From the IMG/VR virus record IMGVR_UViG_3300048442_000810: a stretch of 64,000 nucleotides of DNA; one strand, 5' to 3'. The stretch comes from an uncultured virus (IMG/VR IMGVR_UViG_3300048442_000810). Lineage: Duplodnaviria > Heunggongvirae > Uroviricota > Caudoviricetes. The position numbers and the translations under genes were made by a program. Below, in pieces: positions 1 through 11,500 of the stretch (positions within the stretch are counted from its first letter, which is position 1; the number at the start of each line of letters is the position of its first letter). A model generated the notes under the pieces. That model did no database searches. It saw only the letters and a program-made list of their open reading frames with translations, and had not been told where the DNA came from.

Positions 1-471
1 AAAACTCAGGGCGATAAAAACCGCTATCAAAGTATTGTTAAGGCTATAAGTGATTATTATAAGAAAGCAGGAATTGATGAGGTATGGTTAATTTTATTTT
101 TGTATATTATATTCCTAGTATTAATAGCTTATACAAATAACTTATTAAAATAATTTATGATTAAAAAAGAATGGATATTTATGCAAAAAAAATATAGACA
201 ATACAGGAGTAACCAAGGAAGGAGCCCGAAAAATATGGAGGCAAACTACAAAAGTTGTTTTTGGTCAATTGTATTTTTATTAATGGTTTTAATAATCGTA
301 TTAATAACGAATTATTTAACTAAATAAAATATGAAAACAAGGCTTACAACAAATAAAAAAAGAGATTCCTACAGGTTAGATGTTATAGAAAATGGGGAGT
401 TATACCAATATTACTTTACCGAATTTAAGAAAGCAATAGACTTTCAGAACAAAAAATTGAAACATAAATAA

Positions 472-936
472 ATGGGTCAACCTTATATAATTGTAGTAGA
501 GAATACTACCAATAACCATATAGAAGATATAAAGCTATTCGATACTTTTAAAAACAATGGATTGCCTAATTACGGTTTGCCTCCCGGTGTTACTGTTACT
601 ATGGGAGTTCAAGGAGTTACCTACGGACAATTGCTATTTCAGAGTATGTCTATGCCCTTCCTTACTTCTTTGACTTATTTGAAAGCAGATTCTACTGAGC
701 AGGTAAATCAAACATTTAGTATTAAAGCTAAAGACACCAATGGAAATATGCAGAATATACCTTGTACTTCTGTTGTTAGTCCTTATCAACCTCAAGGAAA
801 TGTATTACAGGCTAGTTGTGAATATATAATTGATGGAAATACTGTTTTCATAATTAATAATTTATTGCCAAAAAGCAAGTTCAAAATTTATATTTATCCA
901 TCCAAAATAGCCAACATTTCTAACTCTTTTTTCTAA
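472..936 (+). CDS. Short paralog of the putative jelly-roll capsid protein (minor/second capsid protein candidate)
   Basis: Aligns by eye with 59778..60527: QPYII, GVTY..L.QS...PF...LTYL, D.NGN, PYQ.Q, DG.T, K.Y..PS; beta-strand rich; lacks the acidic N-terminal leader. Confidence 0.6.
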   Translation: MGQPYIIVVENTTNNHIEDIKLFDTFKNNGLPNYGLPPGVTVTMGVQGVTYGQLLFQSMSMPFLTSLTYLKADSTEQVNQTFSIKAKDTNGNMQNIPCTSVVSPYQPQGNVLQASCEYIIDGNTVFIINNLLPKSKFKIYIYPSKIANISNSFF

Positions 937-1072
937 ATTATTTTTCGGATTTTGGTCAGTTTTTTATCTATTTGATGTAACTATATAAAATATTTAAAAA
1001 TTTACCCCAATTTTCTTTGGTTTGTTGAAATTAAATGTGTATGGATATAGTGCTATACACATATTATTTCTA

Positions 1073-1080
1073 TAATTTTG
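1073..1080 (+). promoter_or_regulatory. Bacteroidota-type -7 promoter box (TAATTTTG)
   Basis: Matches TAnnTTTG in an AT-rich gap 40 nt upstream of the ORF at 1121. Confidence 0.4.
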
Positions 1081-1120
1081 TTTATTGTTATATTTTTTAA
1101 AATAAATATTAAGAGTAAAT

Positions 1121-1258
1121 ATGTTAAATTTTAAACATCCAAATGATACTAAAGCATTCCTAATAGGTATATGTGCTTCTATTACAGGAGTTATCCTGTG
1201 GGATATATATAAGTATAATAAGAAGTTATTTGAATTTGAAGAAAATAATAATAAGTAA
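1121..1258 (+). CDS. 45-aa membrane protein (not in ORF track)
   Basis: Manual translation MLNFKHPNDTKAFLIGICASITGVILWDIYKYNKK...; one hydrophobic helix. Confidence 0.6.
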   Translation: MLNFKHPNDTKAFLIGICASITGVILWDIYKYNKKLFEFEENNNK

Positions 1259-1322
1259 TGATAGGGGTGGTTGCCGTGGTTGACTTACCATTCCTTGATT
1301 TACTTAATAAAAAAAATAAATA

Positions 1323-1529
1323 ATGGTTACAGAAAAAGAAGTAGGAAAGATTATGTCTAAATGGGGCTATGTCGGAGTAGGCTTAGGTTTACTAGGTACA
1401 TACTATTATCTAGGTCTAGTTAAGAAGAGTAACTATAAAAAACTATTTGTTGGTTCTTTATTTACCCTTGGCGGACTCGCTATAGGTGCTTATGTAGGAG
1501 CAAAAGAAGTTGACAAATTAAAAAAATAA
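1323..1529 (+). CDS. Small two-helix membrane protein
   Basis: Two Gly-rich hydrophobic segments. Confidence 0.7.
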   Translation: MVTEKEVGKIMSKWGYVGVGLGLLGTYYYLGLVKKSNYKKLFVGSLFTLGGLAIGAYVGAKEVDKLKK

Positions 1530-1533
1530 AATT

Positions 1534-2103
1534 ATGAAAGGAATTGAACAAATGTCAAGAGGTGAAAGAAGAAAATTCTTAAAAGAACAAAGAGGTAATA
1601 TAGTTGATAGAAGAGATAATATAGAATTCCGAAGAGAAGAGATGCAGAGGATTCGTAATCAGAGAATAGCATTAAGAAGTAAACATTTATTAGAATGTGC
1701 TAAAGAATTCGGAGTTGATAGAGATACCGTAGATGCTTTGATGACTAGAGATGGAAAAACTAGACAAAATTTCTTCGGTATTTTACCTGCTGCACCCTAT
1801 GGTTGTAGGACTCAAGAATGTCAAGAGCAAAATACTGCAAGAAGAAGAAGTATGATAGATTTTCAAAATAGCGAATTAGGAAAGAAATTGGAATGTTTAG
1901 AAAAATGTGCTGAAAGTAAAATGTTTGCAAGAGAGGATTCAGTAGGATTGGGTTCAACAAAAATGATTGAAGAGATTAATTATAGATATAATTCTAAATG
2001 TGGTTCTTTGAAAAAAGCTAATAAATCAGAAGCTGAAAATAAAAACAAAAATCTTTATTTGATATTAGGTGCTATAGTTGTTTTATTAATACTAAAAAAA
2101 TAA
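1534..2103 (+). CDS. Tail-anchored membrane protein, Arg-rich N-terminus
   Basis: C-terminal LYLILGAIVVLLILKK; internal QNFFG motif; several Cys. Confidence 0.7.
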   Translation: MKGIEQMSRGERRKFLKEQRGNIVDRRDNIEFRREEMQRIRNQRIALRSKHLLECAKEFGVDRDTVDALMTRDGKTRQNFFGILPAAPYGCRTQECQEQNTARRRSMIDFQNSELGKKLECLEKCAESKMFAREDSVGLGSTKMIEEINYRYNSKCGSLKKANKSEAENKNKNLYLILGAIVVLLILKK

Positions 2104-2107
2104 AATT

Positions 2108-2302
2108 ATGAGCAAAGAGCATTTTGAAAAACAAGAAGAGATAATATCTAATAAGTATATGAGTGCTAATGGAGAGGGTACAATCAATGTAAGTAAATCT
2201 ATTGATAAATATCTGCCTTCATCAAAAAAGATATACGGAGGAATAGCAATAGTTGTAGGGATAGTAATAGTGCTATCTATATATAATAAAAATAAAAAAT
2301 AG
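2108..2302 (+). CDS. Tail-anchored protein sharing the capsid-candidate leader
   Basis: EEIISNKYMSANG vs EENISNEFMSANG in 59778..60527; C-terminal TM. Confidence 0.7.
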   Translation: MSKEHFEKQEEIISNKYMSANGEGTINVSKSIDKYLPSSKKIYGGIAIVVGIVIVLSIYNKNKK

Positions 2303-2307
2303 AAATT

Positions 2308-2730
2308 ATGAATGAAAAAATATTAGTATTTATAGGAGGGTTTATTTTCGCAGTTGTTACTGCAAGTAAGGCTTATGCTCCTAACAGAGATGAGAAATTA
2401 GGCAGTACACCTCCTCCACCTCCACCTCCTCCAACATCGAACTCAACAGTTTTCGGAGATTTAAATGACCCGGAATTTAAAGATTTACTTGATAATTTAG
2501 CTTCAGTTTGTCCTGAAGGTATGGAGAGAAAGCCTGTTTTCCGTACAAGGTACGGTATGAAACCACCTGAAGAAAAATTAGAGAGAGATAGAATAGCTTT
2601 TGAGGAAGCAAAGAGAAATGCTCCTTGTATATCAAGTAAAGAGGCTGCTGAAATAAGAATAAAAAGGGAAAATGCCCCTATTCCACCAAGTGCACGACCA
2701 AGAGGTACAATGTTAGGATTTACAGGATAA
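2308..2730 (+). CDS. N-anchored protein with poly-Pro linker
   Basis: N-terminal hydrophobic helix, P8 run, ends MLGFTG. Confidence 0.7.
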   Translation: MNEKILVFIGGFIFAVVTASKAYAPNRDEKLGSTPPPPPPPPTSNSTVFGDLNDPEFKDLLDNLASVCPEGMERKPVFRTRYGMKPPEEKLERDRIAFEEAKRNAPCISSKEAAEIRIKRENAPIPPSARPRGTMLGFTG

Positions 2731-2734
2731 TATT

Positions 2735-3013
2735 ATGGCATATACTATAACTGCTTATACTAAAAGACAGGCTACCAAGTATGGGGTTAAAGTAAAACCC
2801 TCTAAAGTAAAGGGTAAGAAGATAGATGTATTTAAGGGAGATAAAAAGGTAGCAAGTGTTGGAGCATTAGGATATAATGATTACCCAACATATATAAAGA
2901 AGAAAGGAAAAAAGTATGCTGATGAAAGAAGAAGGCTTTATAAGAAAAGGCATACCAAAGACAGAACAAAAAGAGGTACACCGGGATGGTATGCTGATAA
3001 ATTATTATGGTAA
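2735..3013 (+). CDS. Small basic protein, probable nucleic-acid binding (resembles DUF5754-like viral proteins)
   Basis: Very Lys/Arg rich; G..GY.DY...RR..Y..RH...GW....LW pattern; family assignment from memory. Confidence 0.55.
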   Translation: MAYTITAYTKRQATKYGVKVKPSKVKGKKIDVFKGDKKVASVGALGYNDYPTYIKKKGKKYADERRRLYKKRHTKDRTKRGTPGWYADKLLW

Positions 3014-3144
3014 AAAATAAAATATTATGAAAATAAATAAACCTTTAATATTTATAATAGGCTTTGTAGTTGCTATTAAACTTATGAGTAAGAAAATACA
3101 AGCAAGAGAAAATAGTGAGGAAATAGATATGATAATTGACTAAT

Positions 3145-3339
3145 ATGAAAGGAGCCGTTTTAGTTTTATTTGGGGTAGGATTAACTTACTACTTGTTAAA
3201 AGAAAAAATTTGGGAAGGACCAAAAGGAAAAACTATCAAGTGTAATTCCTGCTCTTGGTCTTGGAATGAAAAAGATGGTGGAGATGATATGTATGTTTGT
3301 CATAAATGTGGAAATGATAATTCCGATATGTATAATTAA
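3145..3339 (+). CDS. Membrane-anchored zinc-ribbon protein
   Basis: N-terminal TM, CNSC...CHKC; ATG at 3145 preferred over TTG at 3136. Confidence 0.65.
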   Translation: MKGAVLVLFGVGLTYYLLKEKIWEGPKGKTIKCNSCSWSWNEKDGGDDMYVCHKCGNDNSDMYN

Positions 3340-3347
3340 GATAAATA

Positions 3348-3590
3348 ATGGAAAACATAATTTTTGTAGATAGATTCGATGATAGCAGTTATACTCTATC
3401 AAAAAAAACAAAAGATGAATATGCTAAAGACATAGCAGTAGTTCATAACTATCACAGAGATAACCCATCTATATCAATTACAGGAAATCACACTTTGTTA
3501 GATATAAAAAAAATTATTTATACAATAGAAGAGCAACAAAAAGACATTAATATGTTTGGTAAAATGCTTATTGAACTTAGTGCAGAGTAA
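3348..3590 (+). CDS. Hypothetical protein
   Basis: ORF in the dense + strand gene run. Confidence 0.6.
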   Translation: MENIIFVDRFDDSSYTLSKKTKDEYAKDIAVVHNYHRDNPSISITGNHTLLDIKKIIYTIEEQQKDINMFGKMLIELSAE

Positions 3591-3597
3591 ATTTATT

Positions 3598-4017
3598 ATG
3601 AGAGAATATATAAAAAATATAAGTAATGTATTGAATTTTTATGATTTTCAGCCATTATTGTTTTTTTGGATATTATCTGATTTATTTAACAACCAAGTAT
3701 TATGGACTGATTATCAATATTGGTCAAATTTAGGACAACCTAATACTTATTGGTTATATCTGTGTTATTTCATAACATCTCTATCTATAATAGCTTTTTT
3801 GAATAATCTGAAGGTTCTTATTAGATGTGTTTCTGTTTATTTATTACTGTATTTATTCTCTACAGTAAGATACTTATTAAGTATATATACAGAAAATGAA
3901 GGTTTTGTTATAGAGGATTTTAAATCTTTATTTATAACCTCTTGGTATTTTACTATGTGGGTATGGATATTGATTAAATTAAAAAAAGAGAAGTTATATA
4001 AAACAATAACTAAGTAA
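3598..4017 (+). CDS. Multi-pass membrane protein
   Basis: 3-4 hydrophobic helices; ATG at 3598; directly upstream of the lysozyme. Confidence 0.6.
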   Translation: MREYIKNISNVLNFYDFQPLLFFWILSDLFNNQVLWTDYQYWSNLGQPNTYWLYLCYFITSLSIIAFLNNLKVLIRCVSVYLLLYLFSTVRYLLSIYTENEGFVIEDFKSLFITSWYFTMWVWILIKLKKEKLYKTITK

Positions 4018-4635
4018 ATGGCTGATTTTAATAAAGCACATAAATATATAATTAAAGAAGAAGGAGGCTATCAGGATATGCCTAATGATACGGGCAATTA
4101 TACTGATGGTGTTTTAATTGGTACTAACTATGGTATTAGTGCTGATACTCTTAAATCTTTTTTAGGAAGAACCCCTACTAAAGATGAAATGGAAAATCTT
4201 TCATTTGATGATGCGGTTATTATTTATATACAAAATTATTGGGGAAAGATATTAGGAGATAGAATTAAAAATCAAAGTGTTGCTCTACTTATATATGATG
4301 GTTCAGTAAATCAAGGTAGAGGTGCGATGAGAAGTGTTGTTGGAAATGCTATGAGAAATTTAAATGCTAATATATCTGATGGTGATGTTTTTTCAGAAGC
4401 AGGAATTAAAAAACTCAACTCATTAAACCAACAGAAACTATTTGAAGAAATATACAATGGTAGAAAGAAAAGATATGAAAAAGGTCAAGTTGCATTCAGA
4501 GCCGGTCATTTAAAACGACTAAGTGGAATTACATATAATGGTAATTCAAAACTTCCAACTTGGGCTATCATTTCAATTTCACTTGGAGTGGTTAGTTTAT
4601 TAACTCTTTCAGCCTATAGAATTTATAAGAAATAA
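4018..4635 (+). CDS. Glycoside hydrolase family 108 lysozyme with C-terminal membrane anchor
   Basis: EEGGY..PND.G...T.YGIS catalytic region, Y...YW, D..VN.G; C-terminal TM followed by YKK. Confidence 0.85.
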   Translation: MADFNKAHKYIIKEEGGYQDMPNDTGNYTDGVLIGTNYGISADTLKSFLGRTPTKDEMENLSFDDAVIIYIQNYWGKILGDRIKNQSVALLIYDGSVNQGRGAMRSVVGNAMRNLNANISDGDVFSEAGIKKLNSLNQQKLFEEIYNGRKKRYEKGQVAFRAGHLKRLSGITYNGNSKLPTWAIISISLGVVSLLTLSAYRIYKK

Positions 4636-4637
4636 AA

Positions 4638-4937
4638 ATGAACGATAATTTAACAACAATAATAATTTCTTTGATTACAGTTCTATTTGGAGGTGGTGCT
4701 TGGAAGTTTTACGAGTTTATAATAAATAAAAAGTCAGATGATAAAAAAAATGAATTATCAGAAAAGACTATGTATAGAGATGATTTAAAAAGCAGAGTTC
4801 GTAAACTAGAAGATGATAAAGAAGAGTGTATGAAATCACTCTTGGAAATAAGTAGCAAACTATCAGCACTAGAAACTAAAGTATTGTATTTAGAGAAAGA
4901 GAATAGCGAATTAAAAATAAGATTACAAAATAAATAA
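4638..4937 (+). CDS. TM plus coiled-coil protein (holin-like)
   Basis: N-terminal IIISLITVLFGGGAW helix, long heptad region, next to the lysozyme. Confidence 0.5.
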   Translation: MNDNLTTIIISLITVLFGGGAWKFYEFIINKKSDDKKNELSEKTMYRDDLKSRVRKLEDDKEECMKSLLEISSKLSALETKVLYLEKENSELKIRLQNK

Positions 4938-4941
4938 ACAA

Positions 4942-5439
4942 ATGATAACAACACAAAATACAACAAAACTACTTTCAGTATTAGCATTATTTGCCGGGGC
5001 ACATATATTATTTAAAGAAATACAAAAAAAGAGTAATAACCCTAAAAATATAAGAGCCGTTATTCAAAATTGGATTAATACGGTATGCAGACACAATCCT
5101 CAAGAAATTGTTTCTTTATATGCTCCTGAAGGAGTTTTATTAGGTACAGTTGCTAAAAGTATGAAGGTTGGAAGAAAGCAGATATTAGGTTATTTTGAAA
5201 TGTTCGTTGGTAAAGAGCCGTGTGGTTATATAACTGAAATTAATGTTCAAAATTTTGGTTCTGATTATGCCGTAGCAGATGGCACTTATACTTTTGAATT
5301 AACAAATGAAGAAGGAAGTAGAGATATAGTTCCTGCAAGATTTACTTTTGTATTAAGAAGAGTAGTCGGAGGTCCTAATACTCCTAATAGAGGAGGATGG
5401 GTTATAGCATCTCATCATTCATCAGCACAACCGGAGTGA
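4942..5439 (+). CDS. COG4875/NTF2-fold iota-carbonic-anhydrase-like protein with N-terminal anchor
   Basis: LY...L..T, YF..F....P.G.I, G.YTF, ARFTFV and terminal W.I..HHSS.QPE signature. Confidence 0.75.
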   Translation: MITTQNTTKLLSVLALFAGAHILFKEIQKKSNNPKNIRAVIQNWINTVCRHNPQEIVSLYAPEGVLLGTVAKSMKVGRKQILGYFEMFVGKEPCGYITEINVQNFGSDYAVADGTYTFELTNEEGSRDIVPARFTFVLRRVVGGPNTPNRGGWVIASHHSSAQPE

Positions 5440-5479
5440 TATAAATAAATATTAAGATAATAATTTTTAGAGATAATAG

Positions 5480-5487
5480 TATCTTTG
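5480..5487 (+). promoter_or_regulatory. Bacteroidota-type -7 promoter box (TATCTTTG)
   Basis: TAnnTTTG 65 nt upstream of the collagen gene. Confidence 0.55.
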
Positions 5488-5552
5488 AGGATTGTTTTAA
5501 AATAAAATTTAATTGTTGCCACCTCAATGATTATAACAAAATAAAAAATTAA

Positions 5553-8500
5553 ATGGGTAATTTAAATGGTGGTCTAGGAGTTAGAGGAGCCGGTACAGGA
5601 GGAGGCGGTGGCGGAGGTGCACAAGGTGCACAAGGTACGCAAGGTCCTTCAGGTGGTGTTCAAGGTGCAACAGGGGCTCAAGGGACAACAGGGGCAGGTA
5701 CGCAAGGAACAACAGGTATTCAAGGTCCTCAAGGTCCTCAAGGCTCCAATGGTGCTCAAGGAACAACAGGAAGTCAAGGAACTACAGGAAGTCAGGGTAC
5801 TAATGGTACTCAAGGTAGAACAGGTGCTCAAGGCACGACAGGAAGTCAAGGTAGAACAGGAACTACAGGAAGTCAAGGTGCAGTTGGAACTCAAGGCTCT
5901 ACCGGAAATCAAGGAACTACCGGTGCACAAGGGATTAAAGGAAATCAAGGAACTACCGGTGCAACCGGCTCACAAGGAGCAACAGGAACAACAGGGGCTC
6001 AGGGTATTCAAGGAATTCAAGGTAGAATAGGAACTACAGGGGCTCAAGGTACACAAGGTACAAATGGTACTTCAGGGGCTCAAGGGTCAGCAGGAACTCA
6101 AGGAACATCAGGTTCAACAGGTACTCAAGGAACTACCGGGGCTCAAGGTACAAATGGTACAACCGGTTCTCAAGGTGCTACAGGAACACAAGGTAGAGCA
6201 GGAAGCACAGGTACACAAGGAACTCAAGGAGCACAAGGTACAAATGGTACTATAGGGTCACAAGGTGCTACAGGAAGTCAAGGAATAAAAGGAGATAGAG
6301 GTAGTCAAGGTACTGCCGGAAGTACAGGAACTCAAGGTGCTACAGGTAGCCAAGGTGCTACAGGAACTCAAGGAACAAATGGAACTCAAGGAACTACAGG
6401 TGCTCAAGGAACAAAAGGAGATACAGGTAGTCAAGGTACTACGGGTACACAGGGAACAACAGGAACAACCGGTGCTCAGGGTACTCAAGGAATTCAAGGT
6501 AGACAAGGAAACGGAGGTACACAAGGAACAACAGGTTCACAAGGTGCACAAGGAATTCAAGGTAGAGGAGGTCCACAAGGTGCTACAGGAACTCAAGGAA
6601 CAAATGGTACACAAGGAACAAATGGTACTCAAGGAACTACAGGAGCACAAGGTATTAAAGGTGATACCGGAAGTCAGGGTGCTACAGGTACTCAAGGAAC
6701 ATCAGGAAGTCAAGGTTCTACAGGTAGTCAAGGTGCTACGGGAGCAACAGGAATTCAAGGAACTAACGGGGCTCAAGGGGCACAAGGTAGAGCAGGAACT
6801 ACAGGTAGCCAAGGTGCTACAGGTACTCAAGGAACTACCGGGGCTCAAGGAATAAAAGGTGATACAGGGGCTCAAGGGGCACAAGGAACATCAGGTACTC
6901 AAGGTGCCACAGGTGCTCAAGGTATAAAAGGAGATACAGGTTCACAAGGTGCCACAGGAACTCAGGGTAGTAGAGGTGCACAAGGAACAACAGGTGCACA
7001 AGGTACCACAGGAACACAAGGAACAACAGGAACTCAAGGTGCCACAGGAACTCAAGGTACAACAGGGGCTCAAGGAACTACAGGGGCTCAAGGTAGAGAT
7101 GGAACTAATGGTACTCAGGGTGCAACAGGAACACAAGGGGCTCAAGGAAGAATAGGAAGTCAAGGTGCAACAGGTTCACAGGGTACACAAGGTATAAAAG
7201 GAGATACAGGTTCACAAGGTGCAACCGGTTCACAGGGTGCTCAAGGAATTATAGGAAATCAAGGAATTACCGGAGGAACGGGAAGTCAAGGAACATCAGG
7301 TACTCAAGGTGCAACGGGAAGTCAAGGTGCTCAAGGTATAAAAGGAAATCAAGGACTTACCGGTGGAACAGGTAGTCAAGGAACTACGGGTGCTCAAGGT
7401 GCTCAAGGAAGAACAGGAACAGGTGGTACACAAGGAACTACAGGTTCTCAAGGTTCACAAGGAATTCAAGGTAGAGGAGGTCCACAAGGTGCGACAGGAA
7501 CTCAGGGAACTAATGGTACACAAGGAACAACAGGAACTCAAGGAACTAATGGAACTCAAGGTTCTACGGGTAGCCAAGGGTCAGCAGGTTCTCAAGGAAC
7601 AACAGGAACTCAAGGTGCAACAGGAAGTCAAGGTACTCAAGGAATTCAAGGAAGAGGTGGTTCTCAAGGTGCTACCGGAACGCAGGGTGCTACAGGTAGT
7701 CAAGGTGCCACAGGAACACAAGGTGCTACAGGAAATCAAGGAACTACAGGTACTCAAGGTGCTAGAGGAAGTCAGGGAACAACAGGAACTCAAGGAACAA
7801 CAGGAACTCAAGGTGCTACCGGTTCTCAAGGTGCAACAGGTTCACAGGGTGCAACAGGTTCACAGGGTGCAACAGGTGCACAAGGAACTAATGGAACACA
7901 AGGAACAACAGGAACTCAAGGTGCTAGAGGAACTCAAGGTACAACCGGTAGTCAAGGAACGACAGGTTCTCAAGGTGCTACAGGTTCACAAGGAAGAACA
8001 GGTTCACAAGGTGCTACAGGAAGTCAAGGTGCTACAGGAAGTCAAGGTGCTCAAGGAACAAAAGGTGATACGGGTGCACAGGGAACTCAAGGAATTAAAG
8101 GAACTCAAGGAACGACAGGTTCTCAAGGAACGACAGGTAGCCAAGGTACTCAAGGTCTACAAGGTAGAGCAGGAAATAATGGTGCTCAAGGTGCTACAGG
8201 TAGCCAAGGAACAACAGGAAGCCAAGGAACTACAGGAAGCCAAGGAACTACAGGAAGCCAAGGAACCAAAGGTGCACAAGGTGCTACAGGTTCGCAAGGT
8301 GCGACAGGAACTCAAGGAACTACAGGTTCTCAAGGTGCAACGGGAAGTCAAGGTACTACAGGTGCTCAAGGTATAAAAGGAGATACAGGTAGTCAAGGAA
8401 CAACAGGAACTCAGGGTGCGACAGGAACACAAGGCAGAACAGGTTCTCAAGGTGCGACAGGAACACAAGGTGCTACAGGTTCTCAAGGAACAACAGGAAC

Positions 8501-11500
8501 AACCGGTGCTCAGGGTACACAAGGTATTCAAGGTAGAATAGGAACTACAGGTTCTCAAGGAGCAACGGGAAGTCAAGGTACTCAAGGAATTCAAGGTAGA
8601 GGAGGTCCACAAGGTGCTACAGGTACACAAGGAACTACAGGTTCGCAAGGTACTACCGGAGCAACAGGAAGTCAAGGAGCCCAAGGAACAAAAGGAACGC
8701 AAGGTGCCACAGGTTCTCAAGGAATAAAAGGTGATACAGGAAGCCAAGGTACTCAAGGGCTTCAAGGTAGAGCAGGAAATACAGGTTCTCAGGGTGCAAC
8801 AGGTTCTCAGGGAACAACAGGAACTCAAGGTGCTACCGGAAGTCAAGGTGCTACCGGAAGTCAAGGAACTACGGGAACACAAGGAACTACGGGAACTCAA
8901 GGAGCAACAGGAACACAAGGTGCCACAGGTAGCCAAGGTAGAACAGGTGCTCAAGGAACTACGGGAACACAAGGAACAACAGGAACTCAAGGTGCCACCG
9001 GAACTCAGGGAACAACAGGAACTCAAGGTGCCACAGGTAGCCAAGGTGCTACAGGTGCTCAAGGGCAAAAAGGTGCACAAGGTGCTACAGGTTCGCAAGG
9101 AACTACAGGAACTCAAGGTGCAACAGGTAGTCAAGGTATAAAGGGTGCTCAAGGTGCCACAGGTGCTACCGGAAGTCAAGGAACTACGGGAACTCAAGGT
9201 GCTACCGGAAGTCAAGGAACTACGGGAACTCAAGGAGCAACAGGTTCTCAAGGTACTACAGGTAGCCAAGGTAGAACAGGTGCTCAAGGAACAACAGGAA
9301 CTCAAGGAACTACCGGAACACAGGGTATAAAAGGTGACACAGGTTCACAAGGTACGCAAGGATTACAAGGAAGAGCAGGAAATACAGGTTCGCAAGGTGC
9401 CACAGGAACACAAGGAACTACCGGAACTCAAGGAGCAACGGGTGCTCAAGGAACTACGGGTGCTCAGGGTTTAAAAGGTAATCAAGGTACTACAGGAGCA
9501 ACCGGTTCGCAAGGTGCTACAGGTGCTCAAGGAAGAACAGGTACAGGTGGTACACAAGGAACAACAGGTTCTCAGGGTGCAACAGGAAGCCAAGGTATAA
9601 AAGGTGCACAAGGAACAACCGGAACTCAAGGAACTACAGGTAGTCAAGGAACTCAAGGTATTCAAGGTATAAAAGGTAATATTGGTGGAACAGGTTCTCA
9701 AGGTGCTACAGGTGCTCAAGGTACTACAGGTTCACAAGGTACTAGAGGAACACAAGGAACAACCGGAACTCAAGGAACAACAGGAGCAACAGGAAGTCAA
9801 GGGGCACAAGGAACTAAAGGAACTCAAGGTGCTACCGGTTCTCAAGGAACAAAAGGCGATACAGGTTCTCAGGGAACTCAAGGGCTTCAAGGTAGAGCAG
9901 GAAATACAGGTTCAACAGGTTCACAGGGAGCCACAGGTTCACAGGGAACAACAGGTAGTCAAGGTACCACAGGTTCACAAGGGGCTACAGGTGCTCAAGG
10001 GCAAAGAGGTGTAACAGGTTTAACAGGTAGCCAAGGTGCTACGGGTGCTCAGGGTACAACAGGTAGCCAAGGTACGACAGGTTCGCAAGGAACAAAAGGC
10101 GATACAGGTAATACAGGGTCGCAAGGTGCTACAGGTGCTCAAGGAAGAACAGGTACAGGTGGTACACAAGGAACAACAGGTTCTCAGGGTGCAACAGGAA
10201 GTCAAGGTATAAAAGGTGCACAAGGAACAACCGGAACTACAGGTTCAACAGGTTCACAAGGTGCTACAGGTTCGCAAGGAACAAAAGGTGCTCAAGGTAC
10301 GACAGGAACTACAGGCTCTACAGGTTCTCAAGGTGCAACGGGTGCTCAAGGACAGAGAGGTGTAACAGGATTAACAGGTAGCCAAGGTGCCACAGGTAGC
10401 CAAGGTGCCACAGGTGCTCAGGGTACAACCGGAACTACAGGTTCAACAGGAAGCCAAGGAGCAACAGGTGCACAAGGACAAAGAGGTGTAACAGGTTTAA
10501 CGGGTAGCCAAGGTGCCACAGGTTCTCAGGGAACAACCGGAACTACAGGGGCAACAGGTAGTCAAGGGGCTACAGGTGCTCAAGGAAGAACAGGAACAAC
10601 CGGTTCAACAGGTAGCCAAGGTGCAACAGGTTCTCAAGGTACGACAGGAACTACAGGTTCAACAGGTTCGCAAGGGACAACAGGTGCAACAGGTAGCCAA
10701 GGTGCTACGGGTGCTCAAGGGCAAAGAGGTACTACCGGTTTAACAGGTTCTCAAGGAGCAACAGGTTCACAAGGAAGAACAGGAACTACAGGTTCAACAG
10801 GTTCGCAAGGAACTCAGGGACTTCAAGGATTAAAAGGTACGACAGGTAATACAGGTTCGCAAGGTGCTACGGGTGCACAAGGACAGAGAGGTGTAACAGG
10901 ATTAACAGGTTCGCAAGGTGCCACAGGTGCTCAGGGTACGACAGGTACAACCGGTAATACAGGTAGCCAAGGAGCAACAGGTTCTCAAGGAAGAACAGGA
11001 ACAACAGGTAATACAGGTAGTCAAGGTACGACAGGTGCAACAGGTAGCCAAGGAGCAACAGGTGCTCAAGGACAGAGAGGTACTACCGGTTTAACAGGGT
11101 CGCAAGGTGCTACAGGTTCGCAAGGAAGAACAGGAACTACAGGTTCTACAGGAAGCCAAGGAGCAACAGGTGCAACGGGTTCAACAGGTTCGCAAGGTAC
11201 TCAAGGATTAAAAGGAACTACAGGTTCCACAGGTTCTCAGGGTGCTACAGGAACAACAGGTTCAACAGGAAGCCAAGGTGCTACAGGTGCACAAGGAAGA
11301 ACAGGAACAACCGGTTCAACAGGTTCGCAGGGTACTCAAGGATTAAAAGGAAATACAGGAAATACAGGTAGCCAAGGTACAACCGGTGCTACGGGTGGAA
11401 CAGGTTCTCAAGGTGCTACAGGTGCACAAGGACAAAGAGGTACTACCGGTTTAACAGGTTCTCAAGGTACAACAGGTGCTACAGGTGGAACAGGTTCGAC

